A stretch of DNA of 62,954 nucleotides from Basidiobolus meristosporus CBS 931.73 (Eukaryota > Fungi > Basidiobolomycota). The notes under the pieces were generated by a model. The model was not told where the DNA came from and did no database searches. It saw only the letters and a program-made list of their open reading frames with translations. Location: assembly GCA_002104905.1 (NCBI GenBank), contig MCFE01000522.1, positions 1 through 62,954 of the forward strand, read 5' to 3'. Numbering within the stretch: position 1 is the stretch's first letter; every line of letters starts with the position of its first letter. This document shows positions 11,789 to 20,270 of the stretch, in pieces. Position numbers and translations under genes: made by a program.

Positions 11789-13125
11789 ATGACTATAAAA
11801 ATTAAACTAAAAACTTACAAGGGAAAGAGAGAGAAAGCCCTTGAGTGGTTTGATAAGTTTGAGAGAGTTGCTGTTGATGCAGGATAGGACAACAATAAGA
11901 GAGTAAGGGAGTTTGCAAGACATATGGAAGGGTCAGTATGGCAATGGCATTATGGGTTAGAAGACACAGTTAAAGATGACTGGGATGCACTAGAAGAAGC
12001 TTACAAGACATGCTTTCTATATGCCAAAGAGTACCACTACAAAGCCCTTCTACTGTCCTCACAGAAGAAAAGCAGTGAGAGCTATGAAGCCTACACTGAG
12101 CTGTTTCTCCAACAAGTTCAATGTATCCCACAGGACAAGACTGCCAAACAACAGCTCATGAGGTATTTTATTATGGACATAGATGACAAAATAAGACATA
12201 GGGCATCCAAAGAACAAGAGGGATGTAAAACACTGCAAGAGTTGGTCAAACAAGTACAAGGGGTCATCCTGCTATGGGGGCTACCCTATAGTGATACAAA
12301 TGACCAAAGGACAGGGATCCCCCATAAGAAAGGAAAAATGGCCTCCCCAAATGACCATGAGTCACAGGAATTACGGAAAAAGGTTGACAAACTCTTGATC
12401 CACAATGTCCAAGAAGCCCCCAAAGAAGGTGATAAACTCTGAGAAGCTGTTGTAGATTTAAAGGCCCAGGTACAAGCCCTGACCCAACAGATGGAACAAC
12501 CACAACAACAGTACCTGTGTTATGTATGTGGAGTTGTAGGCCACAGAGCCCACAAATGTGAAAAACAGTACGGACAAGAACCCATACCAGACACAAAAGA
12601 GAAGAAGGCATCAAAAGACAGAGTCCCTTGCCAGGAGGCCAACAGGACTCTGTCAATTAAAGCCCTCCGGTCAGAACAGTAAAAATATGGAAGAAGAAGC
12701 ATTGACATGATGCTTCCAGAGAGGAGGTGAAGAAACCTTTAGTAGAGGTTCTGTCAAAAGGAAAGATTGCAGAATTAGGTGAAGAGGTACAGAATGAGCC
12801 TTGGGAAGAAGTATTGAAACAAACAAAGAATGCTAGTACATCTTCCCACAGCCTATTCCCCATAATGAAGGTACTAGAGCAAACCAAGGCAACCCTCCCA
12901 ATAACCAATTTACTGGGTCTGGCCCTGGCTCTAGTCAAGGAACTGATAGAGTGATTGAAGGAGACAACAACCCTTCATGCCAACCAGATGGTCCTGCAAA
13001 AACCAAATAATGGTTCATATGTAAAGGTATGTATAGAGAATAAGAAGATTCTTGCCCTTATCAACACAGGATCCTCTATGTTGATCATGTCAAAATTATT
13101 AGCAAAATGTCTAAAGTTAGATATA
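11789..13125 (+). pseudogene. G3 gag and N-terminal protease (disrupted)
   Basis: ATG at 11789 is in frame with ORF 11924-12442 through one TAG. CYVCGVVGHRAHKC knuckle in 12491-12682; ALINTGSS protease motif near 13050-13075. Confidence 0.75.
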
Positions 13126-13146
13126 TGACTTGTTCCATTGTACTGT

Positions 13147-13950
13147 TGTGGTAGGGTAAACATACCTCCCACAGACAAGTTTACTCATATAGTCATTATG
13201 ATATACTTATCCATATTTTATCTTATCAGTATTATCCCATTCTTCTTTTGCCCATATTATCAGTATTATCCCCATATGATGTTTACCCTGATTAGTTATT
13301 AGCATTAGTTATCCCAGATGTTATTCAGCTTTGTGATCAGTAGATGTATCTATATAAGGCAAGTACCCGCGTCAGTACCTGTGACACATGACCTAGGTCT
13401 GTGTTACCATCTCTACCATTTCAATACCATATATGGTATTTCTATGTTGCACAGGTTTCAGACTACTAATTCCTGATTGGTTGAAAGTGCTGTGCCTTTT
13501 AGAACCTTCCAGGACATTCTTGGCATATTTTTAGCTCATAGTGATGTCATCAAGAACTCCACTGATACCTAGAATCTTGTAGAACCTTGTCATCAGTAAT
13601 CCCTTGGCAATCAAGAAAAGTATTTAAGGGAAAGCAATCCCTCATCAATATATCATCCCTTCTATCAGTAACACTTCTACCTTATTGATTAGCAGTTGAT
13701 CACTGCACCTGCCTTCAACAGTACATCTCAGACCTGCAATCAAGGAGCTTTTCAGGGTAGTGCACAAGACAAACAGAGGCCTTTGGAGACACTTGAAGCA
13801 CCTAGGAAGCTAGAGAAGCAGGAGCTTTTACCATAGTGGCATATTGACAAAGACACCAGCAGTTTAGACACAGAGGTTATTGCACCCATCAGACACCTCG
13901 CACACCTTGAGTTGTGTAGCTTCTCCCAGGAGTACCTCTACACCACAACA
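13147..13950 (+). repeat. G2 gypsy-type solo LTR (short form) inside the left end of PHIS copy 1
   Basis: Starts tgtggtaggg and matches the reverse complement of about 26450-27260. PHIS copy 2 lacks it (ccattgtactgtaccagggcac is contiguous there). Right boundary is uncertain by a few bp. Confidence 0.8.
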
Positions 13951-14664
13951 CCGTGCCAGGGCACGCGGCGTGATCTGCGGTTGTAAAGAACAATTGGGCG
14001 CAATATTATAGCTACCAGAAGGCAGGATTGTTCTTGGACAATTTTGCACTATGCAGGACAATCTTGCACACTATGGCACAATGAGGTTGCACGGATGATT
14101 GCGCCAACTTGTAATGTTTGCATCATGTGCGCAATCCAATACCGCTATTATGGCAGGTAAAATCTGGTATTTGGATATGTTTCTTTAATGTAAATGGAAA
14201 TAGATGTGTATCACACTATAAAGTACACTGATACTTACCATTTTGGTTACCCTCACTCCAATTCAATGGTATCTCAGTGGTTAATTGGTCCAAAAGTATC
14301 CTGAAGCTGGCAGCCCCCAATTGGCGCATTGACTACTGAAAAAGCTACCTGATTTGCCATCAAATATCCCATTTTGCCCATTGAGCAAGTAAATCCCTGA
14401 TCCTAGTGATTGGACAAGGTGTCATTGCTAGCATGCAAGCAATTGTGTAGGTGCAAAACAGATCCAATAGCTGCACTGGTATTACAGATGACGTATATAT
14501 ATGCAGGGTGTTTATTTATAGGGGTTCAGTCTCAAATGTGAGGCAACCTTGATATCACTTATATCAAAAATTTGATGATCACTGATTTGCAATGGCTCAA
14601 TTTGGATTGTCAAAAAAAGGGTTGTCAGGATCATTACAAATGTGAGCAATTCAAAGCAATTGCA

Positions 14665-15918
14665 TCATCTTCTCCCGGGTTTTTTTCTCACAGCAATTAC
14701 TACTGAAGCATTTGGTAGTGACTCACTTTGCACACCTATACTACTTCCTGGCTGACTATCATCTTGGCTACTTGTGTATTTGTAGTCAGTATTTTGCCTC
14801 CTAGTTGATGAGTGTGATGCTGCAGCTTGGCCGCGCTGAATTGCTCCCACTGAACCAACTGAACCAGCCTGTAGTGCCACGCGCTGATGCGTTCTTTTAC
14901 TTGCAAAGAGCTCTGGTGGTTGAGGCACTTCATGTTGGTCATCATCAGTCAGTTCACCAGAAGTAACTTGCTGATGGTCAGGCAAAATGGCACGCGCAGG
15001 CATGCCTTGCTGTGTTGAGATGGCCCTTGGCTGAGTTTGATGTGATGCTGCATGTTAACGCGACTCAGTCCGCTCCAATGGACTTGTGTCTAAATGAGCA
15101 GTTTGGCAAGTTCTTGTAGTTTTGCTCTGAAGTGCACGCATTGACTTGATGTGGGGCATTCTGGTAACAGGTGTTGGTGTGGTCTGGACTGATGTGTGCC
15201 GGCATGCTGTGGTTGCAAGAGATGGTAGGGAATCCAGCAAGGCGTGCTGGCACAATCTGAACAATGCTGCTTGCGGTCTGTATTCTTCCTCCTCAAGCTC
15301 ACCATCCAATTCCTCTAGGTATTCACTTACCCTCTGTCTGATACTTTGGAACTGTTGCCTGGATAAGTCCTGTGTATATTGCTCTCCAAAGCCACTTGGC
15401 CCTACTAATATATCATGTAGTACATTAGTCATTTGGGGCAAAAACTCATTCAAAATCACTTTGGTTCCCAAAGTTGAGGCACAAAGATATGCATCCGGCC
15501 TATACTGTGCAAATAGCACGCAAAATTGATCCCGCACAGCTTCTTTGTCAGATCCCCTCACTCTCAGCTCATTCTTGATTTCAATACTTGTCTTGTTATA
15601 TATCTTTTTACATACATCAGCTGGCATCTTGATGTAGAACTCATGTCACAGCTTTCTACTCATATTCTTCCATCTTTGTTGACTCTCTGAGGTATCTAGT
15701 TCTGCTAGATTAATCAGTAGTGCCCATATATCTGTATGAAGGCTCATCATAGACACTTGGGCAATACTAAAATCATTTGGCAAGAACTCAAACGGATCCA
15801 ACATCAACCTTTTTGGTCTGGACCATGCTTGTGAGCTGGGGGATGGGTTTTGTCTGGGTTGTACTAAAGATGAGTTAAGGCTTGGTATGGGGACTATAGC
15901 AACAGATTTGGATACTTA
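14665..15918 (-). pseudogene. PHIS accessory ORF (about 410 codons, two in-frame stops), putative Myb/SANT(MADF)-like N-terminus
   Basis: Track ORFs 15055-15627 and 14665-15003 are in frame. The separating TAA is CAA in copy 2 and the upstream TGA is TGG in copy 2. The upstream frame reads AWSRPKRLMLDPF...IWALLINLAELDTSESQQRWKNMSRKL. The start codon is not defined. Confidence 0.65.
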
Positions 15919-16256
15919 TACAGCAGTATATTGGCATCAACCTGGTCTTATATGAAATATATATGAAAACTAATGTGATTGTTGAATTTTCCATATATTA
16001 TGCATGATGCATCTTGGATTGCGTTGACACAGATCAGATCACATCAATTGCAGATTTCCTATTTGATTATAGACCTATGATTAAAGCATCAATAAAAGTA
16101 CCAAGGCATTGTTTGCAGATGATTTTCGCAAAATAATGATGGGATACATGACAATTGATGGAGATTTAACCATAATGTATTAAGAATCAGATAAACAACG
16201 TAGGTTGCGCCAAATCAATTCAAACAGCCTCCATACAATCATCCACCAATTTTGAT

Positions 16257-17180
16257 ATGACTTATTCATCTGAATGGTCTTTTCTCATCAATCCCATCAC
16301 TACCACCGCATTTCCTTTTGACACACTAGAGGAGATCTATTCCAAGTACTGTGAACCATCAACCCCAATCTACTTGAGGAGATCCCTTGTTAAGCTTCTC
16401 TGCTATTACAAGAACTATTGCCCTACAAGGTTTCATCCCACCATCCATGGCAACAAAAGTCCTAGAAGCTTTCATTCCCAGCTGACAGCAATGGAGAAAC
16501 ACCTTGCAGAGGGTATAAATGACTTAGAGAAAGCTTGGAATACTAGGTTCAGAAGCTCCAATAGACTTCCATATCCCAGAGTGTTCAGCAACAGGTTCCA
16601 TATCAGGAGTATTTTGGATACCTTCCCAGTGAGGATGAACAGACCTTCTAGAGGGCAGAGGCACTTCTATTCTGGCAGGTACAAGGCACACTGTGTGAAG
16701 TTTCAAGCACTGTCTGACATTGAGGGTAACATCATCTGGTTTAGTGGGCCAATTGCTGGAAGTAGGCATGACAAAGCACTCTTGGTAGAGAATCATCCTG
16801 AATTCAGTAGAGGGGAGAAATGTACGACAGACTTATCCTATATAGGGGAGGATTGTCAGAGATTAGGATGTATTACAGCTTATAGGAAGCCAAGGAATGA
16901 TGTGCTTAGCAGGAAGCAGAAGCTCTACAATGAGATATTTAATCATTTCAGAGTGAGGATAGAGCACGCATTTGGATATCTGAAGAGATTCAGCATATTG
17001 GCAGGTAAATACAGAGGAAAGTCATATATAGGAGAAAACAGCAGAATAGGTAAAATAGTTAAGATACTTATTAATGCACAGTATGTTCACACAAGAAGAC
17101 ATCCACTGAGAGAAATGTGTCTGGAGCATTATGAAGAGTTAATAAAGCAAGGAAAGCACTACTCTGAGCAACATAAGTAA
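16257..17180 (+). CDS. DDE transposase, DDE_Tnp_4 / IS5-ISL2-Harbinger type, 307 aa, apparently intact
   Basis: Motifs ILDTFP..RP, FYSGRYKAHCVKFQ, GSRHD, TDLSYIG, RKPR..LS..QK.YN, RVRIEHAFGYLKRFSIL. Confidence 0.88.
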   Translation: MTYSSEWSFLINPITTTAFPFDTLEEIYSKYCEPSTPIYLRRSLVKLLCYYKNYCPTRFHPTIHGNKSPRSFHSQLTAMEKHLAEGINDLEKAWNTRFRSSNRLPYPRVFSNRFHIRSILDTFPVRMNRPSRGQRHFYSGRYKAHCVKFQALSDIEGNIIWFSGPIAGSRHDKALLVENHPEFSRGEKCTTDLSYIGEDCQRLGCITAYRKPRNDVLSRKQKLYNEIFNHFRVRIEHAFGYLKRFSILAGKYRGKSYIGENSRIGKIVKILINAQYVHTRRHPLREMCLEHYEELIKQGKHYSEQHK

Positions 17181-17327
17181 GATTGAGTAAAATTACCAGT
17201 AACTGTATCATACTACTGGCATCATGGTAGAAATTATAGTGCCAGATAGTGCTGTAGAGTACCAGATTGATCCGGCACCATAAACAGGCTGGCACTATGT
17301 GGCACTATCCAATGGAACAAGTCTATA

Positions 17328-18206
17328 GTCCCCAACAACACCATTAGGGTATGGCTAGCAAATGACCTGCTGGACACAACAGTAGGAGTGGTGCCTAATT
17401 GCCCCATCTGGCTAGGCAACTTGATTATACATCAAGATGTTGTGGTTCTACCAGTTGTAGCCAACAACCTACTCATTGGTGAGAGTTAGTTTATCCAACA
17501 TAAGATGGATATACTTTACAGTGCATCTGAACTCAGATGGGATACCAAGAGTATCCCACTGATTCATATCAACAATGAGAGCAAGGCGCATAGCAACAGT
17601 GTGACAATTGAAGAGGTGAAACTGTTGCAGTCTCCAATCATCACACAAAAGGTGATAAAAATACCACCCACCAGTGAGATGGTGATCTCATTAGAGACAC
17701 CAATAGCTTATTTGACAAGCGGAAGAGTGATAACCACAGCAAAGGCATCTGAGCAACTGGAAGGAATCTCCATCCCTAAAGTATGGATACCGCCAAAATT
17801 TGAAACGCAAAGTCTGAAGTGCTTAATGGTTAACAATGGGTGACACATGGTGACATTGCCTAGAGGAGTGCCATTGTTAAACCTAGAGGAAGTTGACAGA
17901 AACAACCAAGGACCACCTACAAACAAGGAACCACAAGAAGAACTCCCCAAACTAGATGTGGACCCCGGTCTACCGCCTGCATTACAAGACAAGTTCCTAG
18001 AAGGAATACACCCACTTGCCCAAGTATTCTCTAAGAACCAAGTAATTGGTCATATATCTGGGGTATATCACCAAATCCACCTTGCCAACAAATACCCCAT
18101 CAAGCAAAAAGTCTATAGGAGCTTGAAAATTGACACAGACTATATCAAAGAGATGATTGAAACTTTGTTAAAAGACAACATCATTACAGAGAGCCAAATG
18201 GATTAA
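17328..18206 (+). pseudogene. G3 protease C-terminus, PR-RT spacer and start of RT
   Basis: NNLLIG protease end; HQIHLANKYPIKQKVYR...IKEMIETLLKDNII is a typical gypsy pre-RT segment; truncated at about 18200. Confidence 0.75.
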
Positions 18207-18246
18207 ATACACCAGCCAGTTAACCCATGCAATCCACCAAGTTGCT

Positions 18247-18765
18247 ATGTTACAACTATTACAGTGGTTCACCATAGGACAACTCAGGAACCAGTACAAA
18301 GTTCAACTCCAAGAAGCCAAAGAAACCGCTGCAGACTCTGTAGAAACCATAAGGCAAGTACAAAAGCGCCTCATTTGTGCCACAGTTTCTATGGAAGAAC
18401 TACAATATGTCTTGGAAAAAGCAAAAACTTGTTACCAACAATGGGTGACTGCCAACCAAGTGTACACCCTCTTCAAAAGGTCCCCTGCTATCATATTGAA
18501 CACAAAAAGGACAAGCCCCAACATCATTTGCAAGATAAAGAAGCAAGACTTTATTGCGCTATTGCACCTCTTCTTGTTCTCCAGTCTTCCCAAGGAACTT
18601 ACCCAGAGCCCTATGGTTTGCAAACTATTTGGCTCTGTGGAGAACATCCCTCAAGCAACGCAAGCCGCACCCCACTCTGCTGCCAAATGGCATCAGGTAC
18701 TCACCCACAACCCCCTTGCAAGTGACAACCAGCAATGGTACTATGGTGACTCCCATGCTCCATGA
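18247..18765 (+). CDS. Unknown ORF between truncated pol and the 3' LTR of G3 (172 aa from ATG; frame open from about 18200)
   Basis: Stop-free frame with helical-looking sequence; no retroelement motif recognised; overlapped by other open frames. Confidence 0.3.
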   Translation: MLQLLQWFTIGQLRNQYKVQLQEAKETAADSVETIRQVQKRLICATVSMEELQYVLEKAKTCYQQWVTANQVYTLFKRSPAIILNTKRTSPNIICKIKKQDFIALLHLFLFSSLPKELTQSPMVCKLFGSVENIPQATQAAPHSAAKWHQVLTHNPLASDNQQWYYGDSHAP

Positions 18766-19252
18766 ACAAAATCATCCCTGGAGAAGCAAGTTAGTCAAAG
18801 AACTTCAAGGACAAAGCTCCCTATTAACCCCTTGGATATGTGAGTACCAAATGCAGTACCCACTCTTTGCCCAAGAGTTCTCCCCAGAGTCCTACCCTGA
18901 GTTCTACCCAAAGTCCCCCAGTATCCTCCCTATGATTCCCCCACATGCCCTCCCTCCTATCCCTGCCCTTATCTAGTTAGAGCACCTACCATAACAGGAA
19001 GGTGCTCACACCCCTATTTTATAACATATTGTCTATTATCTAAGCCCCCCAAGTGATATATATCTAACCAATTGAACCAAGTGAGAGGACAAGAGGATTT
19101 GGATGAAATAAACACAAGTCTTTATTACCTTGCTACCTTCTATTGGAAGCTATTCTGAACCAAGTGGTACTGACTTGACCTACAAGCTCTCCCACTCACC
19201 AAGTACAGTTAGTAATAACCCACACAAGTAGATTATGTGGTTTTCACTTAAT

Positions 19253-19986
19253 AGACTTGTTCCGTTGGATAGTGCCACATTGAGCCATGAGTGCCAAATA
19301 GTGCCATAGTGTGCCTGAGAGTCATAGCAGACCTAAACTTGGCCACAGAGTGTGGCATAGAGTTCTTCATATTCATGCAAAGCAGCCCCTGTGTTTCACC
19401 TATGGTGCAGGAGAAAATCTATTTTTTAACCTTTTTTTTGGGATCAAAATTGTGCATGACATAAAAGAGCATAGACAGACTGAAGATATGCATCTGGTAC
19501 ACAATACCCATGGCACTCTAAATCTAGCCCCACAGGCTTGTAGCATGTCACAAAAATGCATGGCACTATCTTGGTTCACTGGTACTCTCTGGCACTATAT
19601 TTAAATATTAGCCCTAAAGTAGAACCTATACAAAGCACTTATAGTGCCAGATAGTACCAGTGGACCAAGATAGTGCCATGCATTTTTGTGACATGCTACA
19701 AGCCTGTGGGGCTAGATTTAGAGTGCCATGGGTATTGTGTACCAGATGCATATCTTCAGTCTGTCTGTGCTCTTTTATGTCATGCACAATTTTGATCTCA
19801 AAAAAAAGGTTAAAAAACTGATTTTCTCCCGCACAGTAGGTGAAACACAGGGGCTGCTTTGCATGAATATGCAGAACTATATGTCACACTCTGTGGCCAA
19901 GTTTAGGTCTGCTATGACTCTCAGGCACACTATGGCACTATTTGGCACTCATGGCTCAATGTGGCACTATCCAACGGAACAAGTCT
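19253..19986. mobile_element. Fold-back MITE (734 bp) of the PHIS family, copy 1
   Basis: Arms 19253-19599 and 19640-19986 (347 bp each) are near-perfect inverted repeats around a 40-bp spacer. TSD aat. The terminal ~26 bp match the PHIS right end. Inserted in a Copia-A LTR. Confidence 0.93.
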
Positions 19987-20270
19987 AATGATTTATTAAA
20001 TGTAAAAGTAGTATTTATACTTTTACCTGGCCTTGGCATTACAAACACATAGAATAGGTTAAGAAAGGTCTCAAGAACATGTGTGCAAAGTTTGGGGCTG
20101 TTTGGACAACTTTGAGAATTTTCATGTTCTAGGTACCTGGTATTTTGGTGAAAATATTCCAAGTATATCCCAACAAGGAGTTTTGGTCAGTATTCTCTAG
20201 GATTCGAATGTGATGATCTAAGTGACTAGGTTAGGTGAATATTTAGGTGGAAATACAAATTTTTACAACA

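Larger units (their letters stand above)
13126..17324 (+). mobile_element. PIF/Harbinger-ISL2EU-like (PHIS) DNA transposon, copy 1, complete ends
   Basis: Termini (t)gacttgttccattg ... caatggaacaagtct with a 3-bp TSD ata (13123-13125, 17325-17327). G3 protease reads through across the insertion (LKLDI|VPNNTIRVWLAND). Two divergent ORFs. Confidence 0.9.
11374..19224 (+). mobile_element. Ty3/gypsy element G3, internally deleted, inserted in a Copia-A LTR
   Basis: LTRs at 11374-11747 (374 bp) and 18839-19224 (386 bp, one extra 12-bp unit). TSD caagt at 11369-11373 and 19225-19229. Candidate PBS tggtgcc at 11752. Contains gag, CCHC knuckle, protease and the start of RT; the rest of RT, RH and INT is missing. 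Confidence 0.88.
6699..20270 (-). mobile_element. Degenerate full-length Copia-A (3' LTR 6699-7047; internal 7048-11327; 5' LTR split into 11328-11373, 19230-19252, 19990-20270)
   Basis: Broken gag-PR-INT-RT-RH frames (IDSGA, DLCGP, YVDD). The three LTR pieces sum to 350 bp once the G3 and MITE insertions are removed. Degenerate PBS at 11316-11327. Confidence 0.88.

Noticed and set aside
14665-15918. Fanzor/TnpB, YqaJ nuclease or F-box identity for the PHIS accessory ORF
   Set aside because: No RuvC, zinc-finger or PD-(D/E)XK motifs seen. DPFEFLPND resembles an F-box start, but the spacing to the Trp is too long and a Myb-like pattern fits better.
19253-19340. CRISPR-like or repeat-spacer array from the repeated gtgcca motifs
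   Set aside because: The units are 6-9 bp and irregularly spaced inside a TIR element; there are no cas genes and the context is eukaryotic.
19311-19988. ORFs inside the fold-back MITEs (19311-19604, 19728-19988, 48488-48727)
   Set aside because: Short, not conserved between copies, and a by-product of the palindrome.
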